From positions 23,996 to 87,995 of the forward strand of contig JBFHGX010000001.1 of the NCBI GenBank assembly GCA_041582875.1: DNA of 64,000 nucleotides, in the 5' to 3' direction. Position numbers and translations under genes: made by a program. The notes below the pieces were generated by a model. The model ran no database searches and was not told the DNA's origin. It saw only the letters and a list, made by a program, of their open reading frames with translations. This stretch comes from Bacteroidales bacterium (GTDB lineage Bacteria; Bacteroidota; Bacteroidia; Bacteroidales; F082). Positions 30,578 to 40,664 of this stretch are shown here, in pieces; position 1 is the stretch's first letter; each line of letters starts with the position of its first letter.

Positions 30578-30967
30578 ATGGAACCAAATTTTCTACATGA
30601 TTTCAATAATAAAATCATTCTGATTGTTGAGGATGAAGAAAGTAACTACGAATTACTAGAAGCTTTATTGACCCCAACCGGAGCAAAGTTACTACATGCC
30701 TCTACCGGTAAGGTAGCCATTGATTATTTGAAAAATGAGCCACTGATTGATGTGGTATTAATGGACATCAAACTCCCTGACACCAGTGGATATGAAGTAA
30801 CTAGAAAAATCAGGGAAATAAATGCCGATCTGCCCATTATTGCACAGACAGCTTTTGTGATGTCCGGCGACAAAGAAAAAGCCATCGAGGCTGGCTGCAA
30901 TGCTTACGTTTCAAAACCAATCGACTTATTAGAATTGCTTGATATTATCTCAGGCTTTATCAATTAG
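30578..30967 (+). CDS. Single-domain response regulator (CheY-like receiver only)
   Basis: Acidic pocket VEDEE, phospho-acceptor region VLMDIKLPDTSG, and T (AQTA) and K (SKP) residues. No output domain. Confidence 0.9.
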   Translation: MEPNFLHDFNNKIILIVEDEESNYELLEALLTPTGAKLLHASTGKVAIDYLKNEPLIDVVLMDIKLPDTSGYEVTRKIREINADLPIIAQTAFVMSGDKEKAIEAGCNAYVSKPIDLLELLDIISGFIN

Positions 30968-31118
30968 AGGCTTTATTAGGCGTTTTCATTCGTTAACAGG
31001 TAATAAGCTCCTAATCTTCCTACATTGGAAGCCTCTTGTTATCAAGCTAAATTAGTCATGTTCATTTAATCAACTTGCAATTGGAAGGGTTTCATTTTAG
31101 ATGTATTATAAAAAAATG

Positions 31119-31126
31119 TAAATTTG
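31119..31126 (+). promoter_or_regulatory. Candidate -7 promoter box (TAaaTTTG) for the RND efflux operon
   Basis: TAnnTTTG match 38 nt upstream of the ATG at 31164. Confidence 0.45.
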
Positions 31127-31163
31127 TATAAATAAAACATATTCATATTAAATCCAATAATCC

Positions 31164-32354
31164 ATGAGTTCAATAACTTATTTTACAAAATTTGGTATTT
31201 GGAGCCTTGTTTTGGTTTTGGCTTTGCAGGCATGTAAGAGCGAAAAACAACAAGCTCCACCTCCTCCTGAAATACAGGTGGTTAAAGCTGTTCAGACTAA
31301 TGTTCCTATTCATTCGGAGTTTGTAGGTCAAGTGTATGGATTATATGATATTCCTATTCGAGCACGCGTAGAAGGATGGCTTCGCGGGATGTATTTTAAT
31401 GAAGGAACTCATGTGCGTAAAGGTGATTATTTATATAGCATCGATGCGGATACCTATCAGGCTCAAGTAGCAGCTCAAATGGGTATGGTAGCTCAAGCAG
31501 AAACGGAATATGTTAAAGCAAAAAGCGATTTGGGAAGAATTGAGCCTTTAGCTGCAATTAATGCGGTGAGTCAGAGTGATTTGGATGCTGCTCGGGCTGC
31601 TGCCGGAGCTGCAAAAGCTTATGTGGATGCTGCCAAAGCCAATCTTAATGCTGCACAAATTCAATTGAGCTACACTAAAGTTTATAGTCCTATCAGTGGT
31701 ATCATTGGTAAAACCAAAGCCAAAGTAGGCGAGTTTGTTGGTCGTGATCCAAACCCTGTTATCCTTAACACCGTATCGACAGTAGATACCATAAGGGTTC
31801 AGTTTTTTATTCCTGAAAGTCAGTACTTGGCACTTGCAGAGGAGTTTATCAAAAAACACCGAAATCAGGATGTTAAAAGAGAGTTTAATAATAAACAAAA
31901 AGATCTGGAATTAATTCTTTCCAATGGGGATGTATTTCCTGAAAAAGGTTGGATCGATTTTATTGATCGGGAAGTAGATCCTACCACAGGCTCTTTACTG
32001 ATACAGGCCTCTTTTCCTAACCCCAACCGCATATTGCGTCCTGGACAATTTGCAAAGGTACGGGCACTTCTACGTGAAATTCCCAATGCGATTCTCATAC
32101 CACAAAGATGTGTAATGGAAATACAAGGTCAATACTCAGTTTTTACCGTTTCAAAAGATAATGTTATTGGAAGCAAAATGTTGAGTGTTGGCCCTACTGT
32201 AGGCGATAAGTGGCTTATATACTCTGGTTTAGAGTCTGGAGAGCAAATTGTTTACGAAGGGTTACAATCTGTTAAATTGGGAATGAAAATCAATCCTAAG
32301 TTGATTACTCCCAAGGATCCAAAAACGGATAAAAAGGTGTCAGATGGAAAATAA
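31164..32354 (+). CDS. RND efflux periplasmic adaptor (membrane fusion protein)
   Basis: Lipobox LQAC. Coiled-coil hairpin (AAQMGMVAQAE...AKANLNAAQIQL), a lipoyl-like domain (YTKVYSPISGIIG) and beta-barrel domains. Confidence 0.9.
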   Translation: MSSITYFTKFGIWSLVLVLALQACKSEKQQAPPPPEIQVVKAVQTNVPIHSEFVGQVYGLYDIPIRARVEGWLRGMYFNEGTHVRKGDYLYSIDADTYQAQVAAQMGMVAQAETEYVKAKSDLGRIEPLAAINAVSQSDLDAARAAAGAAKAYVDAAKANLNAAQIQLSYTKVYSPISGIIGKTKAKVGEFVGRDPNPVILNTVSTVDTIRVQFFIPESQYLALAEEFIKKHRNQDVKREFNNKQKDLELILSNGDVFPEKGWIDFIDREVDPTTGSLLIQASFPNPNRILRPGQFAKVRALLREIPNAILIPQRCVMEIQGQYSVFTVSKDNVIGSKMLSVGPTVGDKWLIYSGLESGEQIVYEGLQSVKLGMKINPKLITPKDPKTDKKVSDGK

Positions 32355-35300
32355 AGGCAACTTTTTCGTACACAGACCTGTGGTGGCCATGGTTATGGCC
32401 ATTATTATTGTGATTGTGGGTGTAATCTCGCTGACTTCGCTTCCTATCGAGCAATATCCCAATCTTACTCCTCCTGTTGTGCAGGTAACGGCTAGTTATA
32501 CGGGGGCCGATGCCGTGAGTGTTGAACAAACGGTTGCGACTCCCCTTGAACAACAAATTAATGGTGTCGATAACATGATATACATGAAATCGACCAACGC
32601 CAATGATGGCTCTATGAATATTCAAGTTTCGTTTGAGGTTGGTACTGATCCTGATATGAATACTGTTTTTACTCAAAATAAAGTATCTGCTGCAACAGCC
32701 AAATTGCCTTCAGCAGTAACTCAATACGGAGTAACGACACAAAAATCATTGCCTAACATTCTGATGCTTGTTACATTGACCTCTGAGGGTGATGTTTATG
32801 ATCAAAATTTCTTGGGTAATTATGCGTTAATCAATATTAAAGATGAACTATCGCGATTGAGCGGTGTTGGAAATGTTACTGTTTTGGGTGCAAGTGACTA
32901 TTCAATGCGTATCTGGGTTCAACCCGATAGATTAAGTCAGATGGGTATTACAATTCCTGACATTTTGAATGCCATTAAACAACAGAACGTTATCGTTCCT
33001 GGCGGAAAATTTGGTGCTGAACCAGCTCCTCCCGGAACAGAATATACGTACACTGTTAAACTTCCCGAACGTTTTAATACTGAAGAAGCTTTTGGTGATA
33101 TCGTTATCCGCATCAAAGAAGATGGTTCGCAGGTAAAACTTAAAGATGTGGCTAAAATTAATTTGGGGGTAGAAACCTACAACGCTTTCACCAGATTAAA
33201 TGGCCAAGAATGTGCTGTAATTGCATTGTATCAATCCCCTGGTTCCAATGCTGTTGAACTAGCTGGGCAGGTAAAATCGAGTATGCAGAATATGGCACAA
33301 CGGTTTCCTGATGGAGTAAAATACGATATTTCATTGGATGCAACAGCTCCCATTACTGCTGGTATCGATGATATTATCAAAACTCTTTTTGAGGCTTTAT
33401 TTCTTGTAATCTTGGTAGTGTTTATTTTTATCCAAGATTGGCGTGCAACCCTCATACCCTTATTGGCTATCCCTGTTTCACTGGTGGGCGCCTTTATGTT
33501 GTTTCCCTTGTTGGGATTTACGGTAAATGTACTTTCACTACTCGGACTTGTGCTTGCCATTGGAATTGTGGTCGACGATGCCATTGTCGTCGTTGAAGCT
33601 GTTCAAGTAAACATTGAAGCAGGAATGTCGGCCAAGGAAGCCACACTCGACGCGATGCGAAAAGTAACAGCACCTATTATCGCTACTACAATTGTATTGG
33701 TGGCTGTTTTTATTCCTGTTGCTAACATGAGCGGTATTACGGGAAGACTTTACCAGCAATTTGCAATAACAGTGGCGGTATCTGTGGTTATTTCTTCCAT
33801 AAATGCATTGTCCCTCTCCCCTGCCCTTTGTTCGTTATTGCTGCGGAAACCTACTCCTTACAAAGGATTGCTTGGTAAATTCTTTGGGTGGTTTAATATG
33901 AAGATGGGTAAAACGACTGAAGGATACATGAATTTTACACAGATTGTAACACGCAAATTAACACGTAGTGTAATCTTTATTGGTGTTATTTTTGTTAGTG
34001 CTGGTATTTTCGGTAAATTGGTTCCTACCGGATTTATTCCGGTTGAAGATATGGGTTATTTCATGCTGAATGTGCAACTTCCAAATGCGGCCTCATTACA
34101 AAGAACTGACGTGGTTACACGGCAAATTGAAAAAATACTTGAAAAACATCCTGAAATTGAATATGTAACCAATGTAACTGGTTATTCTCTACTCTCTGGA
34201 GCCATGGCATCAAACAATGCTTTTATTTTTGTCAATCTTATTCCTTGGGATCAGCGTGATAAAACAGCCAATCAGGTAGTGCAGGATGTTAACAAAGAGC
34301 TTTTCTTTTTTGTGAAAGCTGCGCAAGCCTTTGCTTTTGAACCTCCAGCCATACCGGGATTGGGAAATGGATCGGGTTTTAGCATCATGATTCAGGACCG
34401 ATCAGGAAGTACACCTGATTATCTGGCCTTAAATACCCAGAAATTCATCGATTCAGCCATGGCAAGACCTGAAATCGGACAGGCTTTTACCACTTTTCAA
34501 GCGAACGTACCTCAAAAATACCTTGAGGTGAACAAGGAAAAAGTACTGAAAATGGGTGTTAATTTGAGCGATGTGTATACCACAGTCGGAGCCTTTTTAG
34601 GAGGAGCCTATGTGAATGACTTTACACGGTTTGGTAGATTATACAAAACGTATATTCAAGCCGAACCAATGTATCGTGTGGATGCATCACAAATCAGCAA
34701 CTTTTTTATTAAAAACAATACAGGCTCCATGGTTCCACTTTCCACAATGGTAGATGTGGAGAATGTGTACGGACCTGACTACATCACTCGCTTTAATTTA
34801 TACAGGGCTGCTGAAGTACAAGGGAGTCCAGCTGAGGGGTATACTTCCTCAGATGCGTTGAATGCCTTAAAAGAAGTTGCTTTGGCTACTTTGCCAGCCG
34901 ATATGTCTTATGCTTGGAATGCACTGTCGTATCAGGAAGAGGAATCTTCCGGTGCCGCCGGAATCGTTTTTCTATTCTCGCTTATTTTTGTGTTTCTCAT
35001 TTTAGCTGCTCAGTATGAAAGCTGGTCGTTGCCCATGAGCATTTTGCTAGGAACACCATTTGCCTTGTTTGGTGCTTTTGTCGGACTCTGGATTGCTCGA
35101 CAGTTTAGTTCAAGTTTCGAGAACAATATCTTCGCGCAAATTTCATTGGTTTTGCTCATTGCTATGGCGGCTAAAAATGCTATTCTTATTGTGGAATATG
35201 CCAAAGATGAATTTGAAAATGGACTCTCATTGGTCGATTCAGCAATGAAAGCAGCGCGCGAACGCTTCCGTCCCATTCTTATGACGGCTTTTTCGTTTAT

Positions 35301-35508
35301 TCTGGGGATATTACCTTTGGTACTGGCTTCCGGTTCAGGTGCTGAATCACGTAAAGTGATGGGAATGGCCTTGCTGGGTGGAATGAGTGTGGCTACCTTC
35401 CTGGGAATATTTTTCTATCCCATGCTGTTTGTCCTAGTGGGTAAATTAGCTGGTTACGAAAAGAAAAGAGACTTGGCAAAGGTGAAATCTGAAAATGAAA
35501 AATCATGA
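32344..35508 (+). CDS. RND efflux transporter permease (AcrB/HAE1 family)
   Basis: 1054 aa in a 12-TM architecture with two large periplasmic loops. N-terminus FFVHRPVVAMVMAI. Conserved GLVLAIGIVVDDAIVVVE. Confidence 0.95.
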   Translation: MENKGNFFVHRPVVAMVMAIIIVIVGVISLTSLPIEQYPNLTPPVVQVTASYTGADAVSVEQTVATPLEQQINGVDNMIYMKSTNANDGSMNIQVSFEVGTDPDMNTVFTQNKVSAATAKLPSAVTQYGVTTQKSLPNILMLVTLTSEGDVYDQNFLGNYALINIKDELSRLSGVGNVTVLGASDYSMRIWVQPDRLSQMGITIPDILNAIKQQNVIVPGGKFGAEPAPPGTEYTYTVKLPERFNTEEAFGDIVIRIKEDGSQVKLKDVAKINLGVETYNAFTRLNGQECAVIALYQSPGSNAVELAGQVKSSMQNMAQRFPDGVKYDISLDATAPITAGIDDIIKTLFEALFLVILVVFIFIQDWRATLIPLLAIPVSLVGAFMLFPLLGFTVNVLSLLGLVLAIGIVVDDAIVVVEAVQVNIEAGMSAKEATLDAMRKVTAPIIATTIVLVAVFIPVANMSGITGRLYQQFAITVAVSVVISSINALSLSPALCSLLLRKPTPYKGLLGKFFGWFNMKMGKTTEGYMNFTQIVTRKLTRSVIFIGVIFVSAGIFGKLVPTGFIPVEDMGYFMLNVQLPNAASLQRTDVVTRQIEKILEKHPEIEYVTNVTGYSLLSGAMASNNAFIFVNLIPWDQRDKTANQVVQDVNKELFFFVKAAQAFAFEPPAIPGLGNGSGFSIMIQDRSGSTPDYLALNTQKFIDSAMARPEIGQAFTTFQANVPQKYLEVNKEKVLKMGVNLSDVYTTVGAFLGGAYVNDFTRFGRLYKTYIQAEPMYRVDASQISNFFIKNNTGSMVPLSTMVDVENVYGPDYITRFNLYRAAEVQGSPAEGYTSSDALNALKEVALATLPADMSYAWNALSYQEEESSGAAGIVFLFSLIFVFLILAAQYESWSLPMSILLGTPFALFGAFVGLWIARQFSSSFENNIFAQISLVLLIAMAAKNAILIVEYAKDEFENGLSLVDSAMKAARERFRPILMTAFSFILGILPLVLASGSGAESRKVMGMALLGGMSVATFLGIFFYPMLFVLVGKLAGYEKKRDLAKVKSENEKS

Positions 35509-36905
35509 AAAAGTTAGTTTATCTTCTTTTATTTGGCCTGCTTATTCACATAAGTGGTTGTAAGCTGGGGCCTGCCTATCAACGATCGACTTTCGACTTG
35601 TCGGGTAACTACAATGCCAATTCAGAAAATGCAGACACAATTGTTAATTTGCGTTGGTGGGAAATGTTTAACGACCCTGTGCTGGATACACTTATTAGAG
35701 TGGCATTAAACGAAAATAAAGATGTCTTGGTTGCTGCTGCCCGAATAGAAGCCGCCAGAGCAACGGTGGGCTACAATAAAGCTGACCAATTCCCCACAAT
35801 AAATGTGGCTGGTGGTGCAAGTCGTGGAAATTTTTCTGGCGCTAAGCTGAATAGTACGATCAATAATTTTTATGCCTATCCTGAATTGGTTTGGGAGCTA
35901 GACTTTTGGGGTAAATATCGCAGCGCCACTGACGCTGCTCGTGCTCAAATGGTGGCTTCGCAATACGGAATGCGCACCATTCAAATAAGTCTGATTTCTG
36001 CTGTTACTAGTACCTATTTTCAATTGTTGGAATACAAAGCTAAGTTGGAAATCTCGTATAGCACGTTGGAATCTAGAACTAGAGGATTAAAGATCCTTGA
36101 ACAACGCTACGAACATGGGATAGTGGCTGAAATTGATTTAAATCAATCTCAAATTCAATGGGCTTTGGCTGCCGCTTCAGTTCCCTCGTATCAACGATGG
36201 ATAGCTATAACTGAAAGTTCGTTAAGTATTCTGTTGGGCCAGCTTCCTCATAGCATCGAAGCGGGAATATCACTTGAAAACCAGCCCATTCCACCAGATG
36301 TCCCAACAGGCTTGCCTTCTCAACTGCTTGAACGTCGTCCAGATATTCTTCAAGCTGAACAAAATTGTATAGCTGCCAACGAACAGATTGGTGTGGCCAT
36401 TGCCATGCGATTACCTTCTATCAGCTTAACCGGCTTGCTTGGTGTTGCCAGCGACGATTTGTCTACACTTACCAAAGGTGGGTTGGCTTGGTCGGCAAGC
36501 GCAGGACTATTAAGTCCTGTTTTTCAGTTTGGAAAGAACAAACGACGTGTCGAAATCGCTCAGTACCAAGCTCGTGAAGCAGCACTCACCTACGAAAGTA
36601 CAGTAAATTCAGCCTTTAAAGATGTAGAGGATGCACTAATTTCTATCGAAACATTAAAAACGGAATTGGGTATCCTGGAAGTGAGAAATAATGCGGCTAT
36701 TAATGCTGAAAAATTGTCGTGGCAACGGTATGACAAAGGTGTTACCAGTTACCTGGAAGTCATCGATTCACAAACTCAGTCGTTTCAGGCTCAGCTTGAT
36801 TTTTCGCAAGCCCGTCAGGATTTACTTAGCATGTATATTCAATTGTATAAAGCACTTGGTGGTGGATGGCTAACTCCTGAGGAAGAGCAATCTTTTCAAA
36901 GATAG
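35505..36905 (+). CDS. Efflux outer-membrane factor lipoprotein (NodT/TolC family)
   Basis: Lipobox ISGC. Two TolC-like repeats. LERRPDILQAE motif. 4-nt overlap with the permease gene. Confidence 0.9.
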   Translation: MKKLVYLLLFGLLIHISGCKLGPAYQRSTFDLSGNYNANSENADTIVNLRWWEMFNDPVLDTLIRVALNENKDVLVAAARIEAARATVGYNKADQFPTINVAGGASRGNFSGAKLNSTINNFYAYPELVWELDFWGKYRSATDAARAQMVASQYGMRTIQISLISAVTSTYFQLLEYKAKLEISYSTLESRTRGLKILEQRYEHGIVAEIDLNQSQIQWALAAASVPSYQRWIAITESSLSILLGQLPHSIEAGISLENQPIPPDVPTGLPSQLLERRPDILQAEQNCIAANEQIGVAIAMRLPSISLTGLLGVASDDLSTLTKGGLAWSASAGLLSPVFQFGKNKRRVEIAQYQAREAALTYESTVNSAFKDVEDALISIETLKTELGILEVRNNAAINAEKLSWQRYDKGVTSYLEVIDSQTQSFQAQLDFSQARQDLLSMYIQLYKALGGGWLTPEEEQSFQR

Positions 36906-36949
36906 TAAACCAATGATTAATTGAAGGGCATTTTACACCCCTTTGTATG

Positions 36950-36991
36950 GAATCTGTCTGAATGAATAATTTAGACAGATTCTATTGTTTT
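36950..36991 (+). terminator. Terminator after the RND operon
   Basis: Perfect 10-bp stem gaatctgtct/agacagattc followed by tattgtttt. Confidence 0.75.
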
Positions 36992-37008
36992 AGGAAGGGG
37001 CTTTGTTA

Positions 37009-37016
37009 TATTTTTG
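37009..37016 (+). promoter_or_regulatory. Candidate -7 promoter box (TAttTTTG) for the aconitase-family gene
   Basis: TAnnTTTG match 23 nt upstream of the ATG at 37039. Confidence 0.4.
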
Positions 37017-37038
37017 AGTCGTACTTAATCAAAAAATC

Positions 37039-38844
37039 ATGAACCTAATTGAAAAAATACTGGCTTCTCATGCTGGAAAAAATGAGGTAAAACCAGGCGA
37101 TATTGTTGATATTCTTATTGATGCCCGCGTAGCACGCGATTTTGGTGGACCTAACGTGGTTAAAACATTGGAAGAGAACGGTCTGGATGTAGATGATGTG
37201 AATCGAACTTTTTTTACTTTTGATACCAATCCTACCGGAAGTGATCAAAAATATGCCATTAATCAACAACTTGTTCGCTCCTATGCTCGAAAACAAGGAA
37301 TTAAAGTTTTTGATATCAACACGGGTATTGGTACGCATACCCTCATAAGCGAAGGATTAGCTTGGCCTGGATCAACTGCAGTTACTACCGATTCTCATGC
37401 CAATATTTTAGGAGCCATTGGAGCATTTGGACAAGGAATGGGTGATAAAGATATTGCTGCTGCTTTTCATAAGGGAAAAGTTTGGTTTAAGGTTCCTGCT
37501 TCGGTAAAGATTACCATCACAGGTAAACGCCCCGGAAATGTAAGTGCAAAGGACATTGTCCTCAACTTATTACATCAGTTTGGTGCCAATCAATTGCTGG
37601 GATATTCCGTTGAATTTTACGGTGAAGCAGTTGATGCTCTTACACTCGACGAAAGAATTACCATCGCTTCAATGGGAACCGAAATGGGAGTTATTATTCT
37701 TTTATTTACTCCCAACGATGAGATTATGCGTTTTTGCGAAGAAAAAACCGGACGCAAACTCATTAAACCACAAGCTGATACTGGCGCTTTTTATGAAAAA
37801 GAGCTTACAATCGATATCAGTAGTTTTGTTCCTATGGTTAGTCGTCCCGGAAAACCTCACGATACAGTTGACATCAATTTGACAAGAAAAAATCGCATTA
37901 ATTCAGCATTTATTGGTAGCTGTACCAATGGCCGAATGGAAGATATGCGCATTGCAGCACGTATTCTGGAAGGCAGAAAAGTTGCTCCGGGAGTGGTATT
38001 GAAAATCGTTCCTGCGACGGATGAAATCTGGCTGCAATGCCTTGAAGAAGGTATTATTTCCACCTTTAAAAAAGCTGGTGCCTTGGTAAGTAATGCAGGT
38101 TGTGCCGGATGTGCAGCAGGTCAGGTTGGGCAAAATGGACCTGGAGAGGTTACTATCAGTACCGGAAATCGAAATTTCCCAGGTAAACAGGGCAAGGGAG
38201 CTGTTTATTTGGCTTCCCCTGCAACCGTTGCGGCTTCAGCTGTGGCTGGATATATAACCACCGAAGATCAAATTCCTGACATCGCCCCTGATTATTCTAT
38301 TGACGACCTGATTAAAGATAAAGTATCGGCCATGTCGCATCAAAAACAAATCGCTGAAAAAGAAGATACCATTTCGGGAAGGGTTTGGGTAATACAAAAA
38401 GACGATATCGATACGGATATGATTTTCCATAACCGTTACCTTCAAATTACTGATCCCAAAGAAATGGGACAATATATATTTGATAACCTTGAAGGTTACG
38501 AGGATTTTGCCAAAAGAGTAAAAAGAGGAGATATTTTAATTACAGGTAAAAATTTTGGTGCTGGAAGTTCACGTCAACAAGCTGTTGATGGGTTTGCTAC
38601 CCTGGGTGTTCAAGCCATCCTTGCGGAATCATTTGGTGCAATTTATGAACGAAATGCCATCAATGCAGCCTTCCCTATATTAACTTACAACTCTATTGAT
38701 GCACTTAATCTTAAAGATGGTGATGAAATTAGTGTCAACTTTAAAACCGGAGAGCTTGTGAAGTTATCTGACGGATGCTCCATGGCAGCCGAGCCATTCT
38801 CAGATGTACAATTGGAAATATTCCGGAATGACGGGTTGTTTTAG
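37039..38844 (+). CDS. Aconitase-family hydro-lyase with fused large (LeuC/HacA-like) and small (LeuD/HacB-like) subunits
   Basis: Fe-S cluster ligand regions GSCTNGR and AGCAGCAAGQ. N-terminus IEKILASH. The C-terminal swivel domain GRVWVIQKDDIDTDMI...GKNFGAGSSRQQA lies on the same polypeptide. Confidence 0.8.
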   Translation: MNLIEKILASHAGKNEVKPGDIVDILIDARVARDFGGPNVVKTLEENGLDVDDVNRTFFTFDTNPTGSDQKYAINQQLVRSYARKQGIKVFDINTGIGTHTLISEGLAWPGSTAVTTDSHANILGAIGAFGQGMGDKDIAAAFHKGKVWFKVPASVKITITGKRPGNVSAKDIVLNLLHQFGANQLLGYSVEFYGEAVDALTLDERITIASMGTEMGVIILLFTPNDEIMRFCEEKTGRKLIKPQADTGAFYEKELTIDISSFVPMVSRPGKPHDTVDINLTRKNRINSAFIGSCTNGRMEDMRIAARILEGRKVAPGVVLKIVPATDEIWLQCLEEGIISTFKKAGALVSNAGCAGCAAGQVGQNGPGEVTISTGNRNFPGKQGKGAVYLASPATVAASAVAGYITTEDQIPDIAPDYSIDDLIKDKVSAMSHQKQIAEKEDTISGRVWVIQKDDIDTDMIFHNRYLQITDPKEMGQYIFDNLEGYEDFAKRVKRGDILITGKNFGAGSSRQQAVDGFATLGVQAILAESFGAIYERNAINAAFPILTYNSIDALNLKDGDEISVNFKTGELVKLSDGCSMAAEPFSDVQLEIFRNDGLF

Positions 38845-38863
38845 TCTAGACATATTTTAATTT

Positions 38864-38897
38864 AAGTCGGTATTCTTTGTTGATTACCGACTTTTTT
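38864..38897 (+). terminator. Rho-independent terminator after the aconitase-family gene
   Basis: 9-bp stem aagtcggta/taccgactt followed by a T-run. Confidence 0.8.
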
Positions 38898-39031
38898 GTT
38901 CTTCAACCCACCTATGCCTTAACTCATCGCTGTAATTATATTTATAAATCGCAGATTTCCACTAAATCATACGGTTTATATCTTTTTTGCAAATGAAGTG
39001 TAAACGCGATACAACATCAAATAATTACCTA

Positions 39032-39039
39032 TATTTTTG
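39032..39039 (+). promoter_or_regulatory. Candidate -7 promoter box (TAttTTTG) for trkH
   Basis: TAnnTTTG match upstream of both candidate starts (39103 TTG, 39172 ATG). Confidence 0.35.
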
Positions 39040-39171
39040 CGGCCCATAAAAAGAAATTATTGCTCAGCTCTGTTTATTATATTGCTCAGGAATTGAAATC
39101 GCTTGGATAGAATTGAATTCTTCAACAGGGCTCTGCTCGACTGTTTAACAACCAAAAAGGACAGTGGTGGC

Positions 39172-40608
39172 ATGAATATAAAAATTGTATCCCGAATCCT
39201 TAGTCGTGTGATTACCATGGCTACCATTGCAATGATTGTGTGCATTGTACTTGCCCTTCATTATCATGAACCCGTATTAACATTCGTATGGTCAGGGTTA
39301 ATTTCAGGTTCACTGGCACTAGTCATATATTTGTTGTCTTATGGCAAAAAAACAGTAACAATTGGTAAACGAGAAGCCTATATCTCGGTCACCTGTTCTT
39401 GGTTTGTTATCTCACTTATTGGAACCCTACCTTATCTTTTCTCCGGCTTTTTACCTGATTTTGCTGATGCATTTTTTGAATCCGTCTCAGGATTCTCAAC
39501 CACTGGATCATCAGTAATTAACAATATTGAAGCCTTGCCCAAGTCATTATTGTTTTGGAGAAGCCTAACACACTGGATTGGTGGAATCGGTATTATCATG
39601 CTGGTTATTGTGGTATCTCCATCGCTAAAAATGGGAACTTACAGTTTGTTTTCGCTCGAATCTTCACTTCAGGAAAAGATCAGACCCAAGCTTAAAGCCA
39701 TGGGGAATCGATTGTTAGTTATTTACTTATTGCTAACATTGGCAGAAACGCTAATGCTTGTTGCCGGAAAAATGTCTTGGTTCGATAGTATTTGTCATTC
39801 ATTTGCTACTGTTGCCACAGGAGGCTTTTCAACTCAAAATGCAAGTATTGCAAATTATTCCCCCTACATTCAGTATGTTATAGCTTTTTTTATGCTTCTG
39901 GCAGGAACAAATTTCATCATTCATTACTACTTGTTTATTCGTAGAATTGATCAAATAAAGAAAAATCAGGAATTCCGTTTTTATTTTAAAGTTACTTTTT
40001 TACTGGGACTCATTGTAGCGGGCTCTCTTTATTTTCAAACTCCCCGTTCACTCGAATTGGCCTTCCGCGATGCGATATTTCAAACCATTTCCATGATTAC
40101 TTGCACAGGATTTGCAACTTCTGATTACTTGCACTGGCCTAAATTGGCAATGGCACTAATTTTTGGCATGCTCTTTATTGGCGGTAGTACAGGAAGTACC
40201 GCGGGCGGAATTAAAATGGCACGCCATTTAGTAGCATATAGAAGCACTAAACGGGCACTCACACAAGTTATTCATCCTTATGGAATATTCGCTGTAAAAC
40301 TTAATAACAAGGTTGTAGATGGCGATGACAGGCAATCAATCCACACCTTTATTGTGATGTATTTAATGATGTTTGCTTTAGGATCAGTATTGCTTGTCTT
40401 TCTTGGGAATGACGGGGCAACTGCAACAAGTTCAATTGCAACTGCAATGGGTGGCATAGGTCCCGGTTTTGGGACAGTGGGGCCCATGAGTAATTTTCAC
40501 CACCTTTCAGATCTGAGTAAATACTTACTAACGCTGTTTATGCTCATGGGCAGACTTGAAATCTATGCCTTCCTGATGATTTTTACACCATTTTTCTGGA
40601 AAAGGTAA
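39172..40608 (+). CDS. trkH: TrkH-family potassium uptake membrane protein
   Basis: Four pore-loop repeats (GFSTTGSS, ATGGFST, CTGFATS, GGSTGSTAGGIK). I prefer the ATG at 39172 (MNIKIVSRIL) over the upstream TTG at 39103. Confidence 0.85.
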   Translation: MNIKIVSRILSRVITMATIAMIVCIVLALHYHEPVLTFVWSGLISGSLALVIYLLSYGKKTVTIGKREAYISVTCSWFVISLIGTLPYLFSGFLPDFADAFFESVSGFSTTGSSVINNIEALPKSLLFWRSLTHWIGGIGIIMLVIVVSPSLKMGTYSLFSLESSLQEKIRPKLKAMGNRLLVIYLLLTLAETLMLVAGKMSWFDSICHSFATVATGGFSTQNASIANYSPYIQYVIAFFMLLAGTNFIIHYYLFIRRIDQIKKNQEFRFYFKVTFLLGLIVAGSLYFQTPRSLELAFRDAIFQTISMITCTGFATSDYLHWPKLAMALIFGMLFIGGSTGSTAGGIKMARHLVAYRSTKRALTQVIHPYGIFAVKLNNKVVDGDDRQSIHTFIVMYLMMFALGSVLLVFLGNDGATATSSIATAMGGIGPGFGTVGPMSNFHHLSDLSKYLLTLFMLMGRLEIYAFLMIFTPFFWKR

Positions 40609-40664
40609 ACAGATATTGTCCCATTTATCGTGCCGTTCTTTAATAAAACAGGCTTGGAATTTAC

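Noticed and set aside
39103-39171. TTG-initiated 23-codon extension of trkH
   Set aside because: It has no hydrophobic or conserved character. The ATG at 39172 gives a typical TrkH N-terminus. The longer form is kept only as an alternative.
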